Assembly (NCBI GenBank): GCA_964016885.1
Contig: OZ024741.1
Location: 281,976,001 to 282,040,000 of the forward strand
Length of the DNA: 64,000 bases
DNA from: Eledone cirrhosa
Lineage: Eukaryota
Reading direction: 5' to 3'
Shown here: piece by piece, positions 53,854 through 61,514 of the stretch
Layout: each line of letters starts with the position of its first letter
Position numbering within the stretch: the first letter of the stretch is position 1
The notes under the pieces: model-generated
What the model saw: only the letters and a program-made list of their open reading frames with translations
What the model was told of the DNA's origin: nothing
The model's database searches: none
Translations under genes and position numbers: made by a program

Positions 53854-54853
53854 TAAAATCATTATATATCCATTCTTTTTCATTGTCATAAAGTTTTGAA
53901 CTCTTTCATTGTCAAATTTTTAATAAAACATACTGTAATTAGATTAATTAATTAAGAATTTACTAAAATTGTTATTTCATTATTCAGATGGTATTTGATA
54001 AATGGCACATATATAAAAATATCTCTTTCTTACTTCCATTCTCTCTCTATTCTTCTCTGGAAGAAATTTGCTGTTTTCAGACCTGGAGATGAGATGGGCT
54101 CTGCCAGGTTTAAAAACTGCTTTAGAAACACCATATATCAGTATGGTGCCCCTATGACTCCATCAAGAGTTACATAACTAGACAGAATATAAAAATATCT
54201 TGTAAAATTTTAATTAAAATAGGTGCTTTATTTCTATAGAACCATAGGCAAGTTTGGGTTGGTTTGTATCCAAAAGGTTAAGAGTAGCTGTTTCTTCTTT
54301 TTTTTGTGGATAAATGTACTTATGTTTTTTTTTTTCTTTTGTTCTTTTCTGAGCTGTGGGTCATATAGCATGTCTTGGGCAAAGCCCATCTCTAGGTCTG
54401 AATATGGTTGATTTCTATCAGAGATGGAGAGAGAAAGAGAGTGTGATAGACAGGAAGTAAGAGAGAGATATAGAAAAAGAATGGACCCCAGTACTGGACT
54501 GGTACTTTTTTTTATCAACCTCAAAAAGATGAAAGGCAAAGTTGACCTCGGCAGGATTTGAACTCAGACTGCAAAGAGCCAGAACAAATACCATAAAGCA
54601 TTCTATCCAACATTCTAACAACTCTCCCAGTTTACTGTCTCATTGTTTACAGCAGTTAAAAAGAAACGATAAAAATCCTGTTTGTACTTACATCATTTTC
54701 ACAAGCCGCAATCCAATGTTGAGCCACAGACTCCAAAGTTTGAATAGCATCATGTACGTCTTTGACAAAGGTAACTATGTTTTGGTTCTCCCCTGGCGGT
54801 AACTGGATTTCTCTCTCCTTTAGACTGTCACTCAATTCTATTAGCTGGGACAA
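22128..54853 (-). CDS. Multi-exon divergent alpha-catenin/vinculin-family gene (12 exons in window, 2331 nt including stop, ~776 aa; 5' exon(s) not found in window)
   Basis: Exons assembled by hand with GT-AG boundaries and compatible phases (0,0,0,0,0,0,2,0,1,1,1). The translation follows alpha-catenin domain order from memory: PAK/ANRDFLIYQIL ~ YKANRDLIYKQL; VFAETSEPLERLVE ~ SFLETNVPLLVLIE; EWRRQLTHLVFLLDTMVDPDIFVTMS ~ QWEKQVRVLTDAVDDITSIDDFLAVS; EDEMNVCV..RTSRSIRAKCSRV ~ EDVNKCV..RTAGAIRGRAARV. Confidence 0.85.
22975..23145. repeat. ~28-bp minisatellite
   Basis: agaagtgtcactgtgtcacaatactggc repeats. Confidence 0.9.
23880..24077 (-). CDS. Catenin-like exon K (NRLEDEMNVCV...AEQIHQ), 198 nt
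   Basis: Acceptor ttttacag, donor gtaagt; M3-domain similarity. Confidence 0.85.
24275..24688. repeat. ~50-bp minisatellite
   Basis: tttagctgctatttctagcacacctatggaccac repeats. Confidence 0.9.
24685..25425 (+). mobile_element. Retrozyme-like/non-autonomous Penelope-like element, ~516-bp unit, ending in (TA)n
   Basis: Direct repeats 24685-24903 and 25201-25419 flank a hammerhead at 25091-25173. Confidence 0.7.
25091..25173 (+). ncRNA. Type I hammerhead ribozyme (C3U core variant, GUC triplet)
   Basis: ACACCTG-TTGACGA-GCC-[30 nt]-GGC-GAA-ACATTCTC-ttcttt-GAGATTGT-C-CAGGTGT: 7-bp helix I, G-C-closed helix II, 8-bp helix III with one mismatch. Confidence 0.78.
25946..26176 (-). CDS. Catenin-like exon J (VQQFEMTLRNLECLDPEI...DIFVTMS), 231 nt
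   Basis: Acceptor attctag, donor gtaagt; LE.L.P.I and W..Q patterns. Confidence 0.85.
27590..28150 (+). repeat. ~45-50-bp minisatellite derived from the RTE/SINE tail motif
   Basis: aaaacacccagtccactctgtaaggtggtagtgctggtg repeats. Confidence 0.85.
28195..28306 (-). CDS. Catenin-like exon I (INGYKEKL...EVAHFIIASSRRSK), 112 nt
   Basis: Acceptor ctaacag, donor gtaagt; F..H.....EVA pattern of the catenin M domain. Confidence 0.85.
28390..28650 (-). mobile_element. Decayed RTE RT C-terminal fragment
   Basis: PTFTYSHESWVMTER..IQAAEMRFL remnant. Confidence 0.65.
28827..29004 (-). CDS. Catenin-like exon H (DNYNRLC...VFAETSEPLERLVEPILFPDI), 178 nt
   Basis: Acceptor tttctag, donor gtaagc; F.ET..PL..L.E motif. 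Confidence 0.85.
29290..30135 (-). repeat. RTE/SINE tail plus ~45-bp minisatellite, opposite orientation to 27590-28150
   Basis: ttacagggtggactgggtgcttttt repeats. Confidence 0.85.
31317..31390 (-). CDS. Catenin-like exon G (LLEVKNTVYEF...DIYC), 74 nt
   Basis: Acceptor ttctatag, donor gtaagc; phase 0/2 fits both neighbours. Confidence 0.75.
32088..32233. mobile_element. Degenerate hAT (Charlie-like) MITE
   Basis: cagtcatgggcaaact...aggttgctcatgcttg termini. Confidence 0.5.
33153..33299 (-). CDS. Catenin-like exon F (AKTALSEENW...RRIPLINICLK), 147 nt; not in ORF track
   Basis: Acceptor cttttag, donor gtaata; ERRIPLINIC ~ catenin DRRERIVAEC. Confidence 0.8.
33400..34255 (-). mobile_element. 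5'-truncated RTE LINE
   Basis: RELIPLLATKGFSLKMKGRLYDAC, GRPRKTW; 3' UTR and (GAT)n tail. Confidence 0.9.
34711..34928. repeat. Near-perfect foldback, ~107-bp arms, 4-nt loop
   Basis: 34711-34817 is the reverse complement of 34822-34928, 2 mismatches seen. Confidence 0.92.
35814..35945 (-). CDS. Catenin-like exon E (ANRDFLIYQIL...QFLSLLRK), 132 nt; not in ORF track
   Basis: Acceptor aatatag, donor gtaact; ANRD motif of alpha-catenins. Confidence 0.85.
36069..36356. mobile_element. Foldback element in (TA)n with tRNA-like core
   Basis: Arms 36069-36175 and 36250-36356; spacer on the minus strand has A box TGGTGTAATGG and B box GGTTCGACTCC. Confidence 0.7.
36745..36935 (+). mobile_element. 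tRNA-derived SINE with Nin-domain core and (ATT)n tail (representative; further copies near 16480, 17010, 19050, 21545, 32335, 38205, 40290, 40535, 52820, 54490, 54895, 61085, 61310)
   Basis: B-box-like gagttcaaatccc; core gcctttcatccttacggggtcgataaaataaagtaccag; tail ggccttgtgccaaaagtagaaacaattatt. Confidence 0.8.
38418..39323 (+). mobile_element. Tc1/mariner DD37D (maT) element, internally deleted and frameshifted
   Basis: TIRs cagggtgcggacgatatttgttcgcaa / ttgcgaacagatgtcgtccgcaccctg; TA TSD; WQQDSAPCH...SPDCNP spacing fits DD37D; poly-C frameshift. Confidence 0.9.
40781..40963 (-). CDS. Catenin-like exon D (ELSDELLLL...EPNSKPAK), 183 nt
   Basis: Acceptor actctag, donor gtagtt, phase 0/0. 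Confidence 0.85.
41582..42190 (+). mobile_element. Decayed DD37D mariner 5' half
   Basis: tacagggtg start; YFSDEKNF...NKQNNRWLA. Confidence 0.7.
43100..46140 (+). mobile_element. Old RTE LINE (second family) with (GAA)n tail, interrupted by a younger RTE
   Basis: TWNITTLTGK, STDYHLVICNL (split by the insertion), IIPIFQKGDKRDCSNYRGISLLS. Confidence 0.8.
43817..44850 (+). mobile_element. 5'-truncated RTE LINE nested in the older RTE, 7-bp TSD TTATCTG
   Basis: ORF 43888-44463 (FRYLGD, MLHGSETW, LRWYGHV); TSD at 43810-43816 and 44851-44857. Confidence 0.92.
46231..46356 (-). CDS. Catenin-like exon C (VLIIASKSEL...LVSKYFK), 126 nt
   Basis: Acceptor ttcttcag, donor gtaagt, phase 0/0. Confidence 0.85.
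48178..49382 (-). mobile_element. Decayed full-length mariner (DD34D type)
   Basis: TIRs tgagggttggctgaaaagttc / gaacttttcatcccaccctca with TA flanks; FHQGNAPA..HPPYSLDL remnant. Confidence 0.85.
49414..49569 (-). CDS. Catenin-like exon B (YLKTQMFQAC...AKQVLEQTFQ), 156 nt
   Basis: Acceptor ttaacag, donor gtatgc; RQLINAAKQVL resembles the vinculin/catenin LI.AA..LL helix. Confidence 0.85.
50300..50950 (-). mobile_element. Heavily decayed LINE RT fragment (CR1/L2-like)
   Basis: DYSKAFDNI and P.G..SPIFFLL remnants. Confidence 0.55.
53372..53537. mobile_element. hAT (Charlie-like) MITE
   Basis: TIR cagggattcccaaact / ttttggaaccactg; right flank ttctagat fits the NTCTAGAN target. Confidence 0.6.
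54692..54853 (-). CDS. Catenin-like exon A (LSQLIELSD...IAACEND), 162 nt
   Basis: Acceptor tattcag, donor gtaagt, open frame; resembles the first helices of the vinculin/catenin head. Confidence 0.8.
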
Positions 54854-55247
54854 CTGAATAATAATAATAATAATAAAAATAATGATGATGATTTCTAGTA
54901 TAGGCACAAAGCCAGTAATTTGCGGGGAGGGGAAGTCGATTAAATCAACCTCAGTACATTACCGGTACTTTATTTTATCGACCCCGTAAGGATGAAAGGC
55001 AAAGTTAACCTCAGCGGGATTTGAACTCAGACAGTAAAGGCCGTAACTCTATGCTGCAAAGTATGGCGTCTGACCCTCTACCATTACTGCCAATCCACCG
55101 CCCTTATAATAATAATTGTTTCTACTTTTGGCACAAGGCCAGCAATTAAACAGTACATTACTGGGTAATTGCTGGCCTTGTGCCAAAAGTAGAAACAATT
55201 ATTATTCTGAGGGCGGTGGATTGGCAGTATCAGCAGATAATAATAAT

Positions 55248-58200
55248 GATTTCATTTATTAGACACAAGGGCTGACATGTAGGGGACAATACAAAGGCAG
55301 GGACAGTGGAGGTTTACAATAAGGTAGAGTAAAAGTGCACAATGGCAAGACTAATTTAACAATGAAGATATAAAAAATATAAAATAAACTATGCATAAAT
55401 ATAACAAAATAAATTCCCCTATGGGGGGGGGGGGGGCCAGGGGTGACTCAGGTACCCCACTAATCCTGAACCACCCTGCGCTTCTAGGGCACCCAGGGAG
55501 AGCACGCCTCTCCTCAAGTTAGCTAGCCTATAGGCGCATGGTCAGAGTAGCCCCATTCACACGGGCCATTCTCGCCATATTCACCCACCTTTTAGCAAAT
55601 GTAGTGGGGGGGGGGGGCAGCACTTCTCTCTCCACCTTCACCTTCCTTTCCAGGTGAAACCTGAAGAAGTTGATGAGGGATTGGCCAAAGAGAAAAGTGT
55701 CTGTCTTCAGTCCTTTCAATCTAGTCCACCATATAAACTCTTTTGCACCTGCCACCAGACAGAGGAAAATTACCTGCTCTTCCTGACCAAAGGAAGGTGG
55801 TGGGTCGATCTTCACTATGGACTCGGCTGATAGCCGGATCCGTTCCACACGTGACAGTAGCTGTTCAACATAAATCCACAAGTCAGTAATGCACAGAGAT
55901 TGGACAAGTGCGTGCAGAACAGTTTCGTCACTCTGTGCGCATCTTGGGCAGGTCCGTCTGACAGCACTTCCGTGCCTGTAGAGTTTATCCCAAACCGGCA
56001 GTGCCCCCTGGTAGTACTGCCAAGCGAGGGATTTCTGCAAATTGTCCATCGTCCCCGGCTCAAAAGTCCTCCGGTACAGACTGGTCAGTTCGACTTCGTC
56101 GAGGCCCAAAGCTTCTCCGAGTGTGTCATCGCACTTGCCCACCACTAATCCTCTATAGAACTCGAGAGTCGAAGTTCCACTGATCGTATTGCCCGCTTGG
56201 TAGAGGGCAGTGAGTGCCTGGCAACATTCCAGGTGCCAGTCACCCAGTCTCGGTCTCTTCTTGACCCAGGACTGCAGCTCAGACAAAGAAACGAGCTGCG
56301 GAAAGGCCCGTCTGATAAACGGCAACCACACCTGTTCACCATTGAGGCAGAATATCTGGAGATGTCGCAGCCTCAACGCATGTCTGTGCATCATTAGCCA
56401 CAACATGCCCAGCCCTCCGTGTAGAGGGTGCTGGCAGCAGATGGATCGCCTCACTAACGGAACTTGTCCTTTCTACAAGAATTTGAAGAGAAGCCGTACC
56501 AACTTGATTAGGCGCAGACGGGGGCAAGGCACGACGGTCAGGCGGTAGTAGATGACGGACACGATGTACGCATTCGCCACCTCTGCGCAACCTTTCAGTG
56601 ATAGCTTCCTCCCAGCCCATTTTTGGGTGAGACTGGCTACTCTGCTCGTTACCTCGTTCCAATTCTTTTCCACCTGGAGGTCTGGTCCGAACCAAACCCC
56701 GAGCAACTTTACCGGTCCGTCCGTCCAGCACCCCACGACGCTGTTGGACGGCATAGGCTTGCCTCTCCAGGTTCCGAGCTGCAAGGTCACCGACTTTTCC
56801 AGGTTAAGTTTGGCTCCTGTCAACCTTTCATATTCCTTCAATAAGGTGCCAACCACCTCAATTTCTGAGGTGTTCGACACCATCACGGTGATGTCGTCCG
56901 CATAAGCTGACACCGCCTTTCCACATCCCGGTTTGAGCGGGATGCCCTGCAACAGCTCCAGCTTCCGCAGTAAAGGCTCGAGAGACAATACATACAGAAG
57001 GGAAGAGAGAGGGAACCCTTGACGGATCGATTGTGGGAGCTGAAATGGTTCCGAGAGGTGGCCATTAACCTTGACCACCGAGTGTGTGCCGCTGTGCATT
57101 GCAACGATCCAGCTTCTGAAGATAGGGCCAAAGCCAGCTGCTTTGAGGACAGCATCCAGATACCGATGGCCGACCCTATCGAATGCTTTCGATTGATCTA
57201 AATTGATCAGTGCCCCACTGAAGCCAGGTTTACACCCTACCCTCTCTATGATGTATCGCATGAGGTGGAGATTGTCGTGTATGGACCTGGCTGGGATTGC
57301 ACAAGTTTGTGCCTCCCCAACAAAATCCTCGACGACAAGCGCCAATCTCTTTGCTAACACCTTGGCCAAAATCTTAAACTCTGTGTTGAGCAGAGTTATG
57401 GGTCTGAAGTTGTCTAATGTATCTGTCTTGTTCTCGTCTTTCCTTATCAACGTCACCACTCCCCTTCTCACAGAACTGGGAATACTCCCATTTTGCTGCC
57501 TGTTGCAGTAGAGTGCTTCAAGGAAATCGGAGAACAAGTCTGGCATATTTACGTAAAGCTCGTAGAGCAGGCCATCCAAACCGGGTGACTTGCGCTGACA
57601 AGGGCGTCCTGAATTTCGGCTGAAGTAATCGGCCTTTCACAGCGCTCAGTGTCGACCGTCGAGATGCGCGGCAAGCCGTCAAGGTAGGGACTGAAATCCG
57701 CTACTCTCCCGAACAACTGAGTAAAGTGCTGGCGAAAGGCCTCACACATCCGCTTGGAATCGCTTATCTCGTGTCCGTCTCGGTCCGCCAAAGACCGAAT
57801 TGTGGTTATATTACCATGCTGCGCCTCCGCCACGTGGGCCCATCGAACAGCTTTGGTTTCCAGCGCACCTGCCTTAGCTCTAACAATGCAACCTTTGTGT
57901 TTCGCATTGAAGAAATGGTCTAATGCCATTCTCGCCGCTAGCACGTCAGCTGCAATACCGCTACAAATAGCCTCATCTAACTTATCTACCAGCACCCTCT
58001 CCTTTCTATTTTTCTCTAACGCTAGTTCTTTGCTGAACTCTATCAAAGTTACTCTAATCTCTCTTTTGAGAGTCCATCTGTTGTTGATGATCCCCCTGTC
58101 AACTTTTGCTTAACTAAATTGTTGACTCAGTCCCTGTAAGCTTTATGTGCCGGAAATGACATGTTCAGCTTCCAGTAACCCGGTCCCAACCTATCTAGGT

Positions 58201-61073
58201 CGACTAAACAGATCACAAATTTGTGATCTGAATAGGCGACCGTTTTAAAAATTGGGCAGCCTACACTATTTCTATCTATTTTCCTAATGAAGATCCTGTC
58301 TATATACGATTTAGATGACCCTATGTGGTTGGTCCACGTCCACACTGGCGTATTGGGGAAATCTAGTCGATACCTGTCAGACAGTTGGAACTGGCTGATT
58401 AGGTGTTTGAGGCTTTTGCACCCCTGGCTCCTATCAGCTACTCCCACACAATCCCAGCGTGCGTCTAAGATGCCATTCCAGTCCTCCGCTAACAGTAGAG
58501 GGCGAGACGTACCCAGAAAGGTTTCCAGGTGCCTAAAGAAGTCCGGTCCATTAGACGGCCAACAGTCTAAAGGCACCACCTTCGCTACTGCTCACATCCA
58601 GGACCACCAACTTACCGTCCGGGTCCTGGAAGATCGACCTTACCTCGAGATCGAGACCTTTCCTAAACAGCACTGCCACGCCGGCCTGCTAACAGATGCG
58701 AAGATCTGAGCGCGAGTCGGAAATCCTGATCTCGCTGACGGCAATCACATCCATTTCCAGAGACCTGAGGTCGTTGAGCAGGTGACCCTGCTTCCAGGGT
58801 GACGCCAGGCCACGAACATTTAAACTTCCTACTCTTAATATGGTTATGTTGGCAAGCTAAAAGAGAGAGGGAAGGTTTACTTACCTCCCGGGGTCTTGTG
58901 AAGGTCGGGTGGTTCGACCTCCATGGTTGGTGGGGTTTCTTTTGGGAACCCCTTTAAAAGTCTTGATGTGGGTTTCACGTTCGGGGTTCCCATGTCTTGA
59001 GGAAAGCTCTCTCGAATTTCTTTGTAGGAATCGAACGACATTCGCACCAGAAGCAAATCTTCTGGCACGCAAAATGTGTTCAATTCAAAGATCTCCCCCT
59101 CTGTTTGGATGTCCTCGCTTCGTGCTAAGAGGGCTATCAATTTATCGTTGGCCCTTCTGATAAGCACAAAGTTTTTAATGTTTTGTTGGTGTGGTTTTAT
59201 TTGTTTTTGTTTTGGTGACTGCGGTGGTGATGGTTTTGGTGGTGTTGTTTCGGGTATGTCTGTGTTTGTTGTAAGTGTGGTGTCTGCAATTTCAGGTGTC
59301 TGTGTGTTTATTTGTTCTTGTGTTTGTTTAGGTTGTTTGCATTTCGGGGATTGTGGGGGTGGTGTTCATGTTGATATTGGTGTTGATGTTATTGGGGAAG
59401 TGTTTGCGTTAGTGGTGTCTGTATTTTTTGTTGTGTATATTTTTGTGTTTTGTTGGGGCTTTTTTTTGGTGAGTTTTCTCTTTTGTTTTTTGGCACTTTT
59501 GGGTTTTCCTTCATCTTCACTGCTGGAAGACAAAGGGTCTGTGGCTGTGAGTGTATCTGTGTCTGTGTGCATTTATTGTTTTGTCTATGTGTATAATTGG
59601 AGGGGTATGGGTAGTGGAGGGGTCTTTCCTCGTTTTCCCCTTGGATTGGTTTTGGTGCTGGTGGTGGTCCGACTGTTTTTGATGTTGGTGGGGTTACCCG
59701 TGTCATTGCTGGTGTTGTTTTTGGTGGTGGTGGTGCAGCTTTCCGTGCTGACACTGGTGTTGGCAACAAAGGAGTTTGCGACCCCCTGCATTTTTGAGCT
59801 GAGGGCAAAAGGCTTGCAGAAGCGTTGCTTCCCCGCAGACGAAGCAGTGTGGCCTTCTTCCCTCAGTGATTAATTGGATTGTTGTCCCGTCCTGCAGGCG
59901 GGCAAACTCCGGTATGTTGTTGATGTCCTCTGGTTTCATTTTGAGAAAAATCTCCAAATCCATTCCAGACCAGTCTTCTCTCTCTGTCCTTTTGATATCC
60001 AGGAGGGTAGTGTCTGTCCCCTCCTCGATTACGCATCCCAGGAGCCACCATATGTTCATTCCTGGTGGGATCCTGGGAATGCGGACCTTTACTGTCCTTT
60101 TGGACAGGTGCATGATAAAACATTCCATTCTGCAGGGGGTCACCGAGTGCTTAATAGCAAGGGCCTCGGTTTTGAACAGTACTGAGATGGTACTGAACTG
60201 CTTGGCCCTTGCTTTATACTCGATGTCACTTCCGATGCACTTCAAAGCAGCCTCGACCTCTGCTTGGCTGGCAAGTTCCACTTTGTGTGTCTGCACTGAA
60301 ATGTATCGAAAGTACACCGTCCTCCTTTGCATGGCCGCTATTTCCCCGTCCGGGATGGTCAGGTTTGCCCAGGACTTTTCCCGTTTAATTAACCTCCACG
60401 CCTGGGCCAACTGTTGTTCCTTATCGTTAATATCAACATTCAATAAGCGCTTTGTTTTCGCTGCTGCCGCTGCAAAGGTGGTGCCTCTGTTGCTCTTGTT
60501 GTTGGTGTTGTCGCTCTTGCTGTTGTTGTTGGTATTGTTGTTGTTTTGTTTGTTGTTGCTGTTGCCACCGCCATCAATGTTTACATTGAGGCTGTTAGTG
60601 TTATTGTCGTTGTTGTTCTGAGTTGTGGTGGTGGTGGTGATGTCGTTTTGAGATGGTACTGCTACTATCACAGAAGGGAGCGGTTGTGATGGTAATTTTT
60701 GTGTTTTGCCTTCACATTCAGTGGAATAGTCGACAGGCATGTCCGTAGTAGTTGTAGTAGTAGTAGTTGTGGTGAGATCCATAGTAGCTGTTTTTGAACT
60801 TTTGACCTGTACGTTGTTTACCGTTTCAAGGTTGAAAATTTCCATATTTTTTTTTGGTGGGGAAGCGATTTTTTTCGAAGTTATTAAAAATAGATCTGAA
60901 TATTCAGGCTTAAAGCCCAAATATTGAGAGCTCTCTCTTCCTTGGAACCAAGGTGGGTACCTTATGCTTCATTAACGACAAGAAAATACAAAAAAATGAT
61001 ACTGTAAAACAGCCTAAAGTTACGAACCTTTTCCCCCGCAGACTTGTACGTGTTCATACATGTGCGTCCAGAC
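55248..61073 (-). mobile_element. Near full-length Tx1-clade (L1-like) non-LTR retrotransposon, frameshifted
   Basis: ORF1 from 60920 with degenerate zinc knuckle CFVCGEATLLQAFC; ORF2 APE (SLNVRGL, YIDRIF, YSDH), RT (FRPITLLNTEFKI, LDQSKAFDRV, YADD) and C-terminal CPRC..ETVLHAL; (AAT)n at both ends. Confidence 0.92.
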
Positions 61074-61279
61074 TAATAATAATAATAATTGTTTCTTCTT
61101 TTGGCACAAGGCCAGCAATTATCCCAGTGTATTACTGGTACTTTATGTTATCGACCCCATAAGGATGAAAAGCAAAGTTAATCACAGCGGGATTTGAACT
61201 CAGACCATAAAGGGCCGTAACTCTTTGCTGCAAATCATGGCGTCCGACCGTCTACCGATACTGCCAATCCACCACCCAC

Positions 61280-61310
<31 letters not shown>

Positions 61311-61514
61311 TGTTTCTACTTTTGAATTATCCAGTGCATAACTGGTACTTTATTTTATCGACCTCGTAAGGATGAAAGACAAAGTTAACGTCGGCGGGAT
61401 TTGAACTCAGAATGGCAAGGGCCGTAACTCTATGCGTCAAAGCATGGCATCAGAGCCTCTACCAATACTGCCAATCCACCACCCTAATAATAATAATAAT
61501 AATGATAATAATAA

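Noticed and set aside
59076-60621. Long plus-strand ORFs of 265 and 251 aa
   Set aside because: Antisense shadows of the low-complexity Tx1 ORF1
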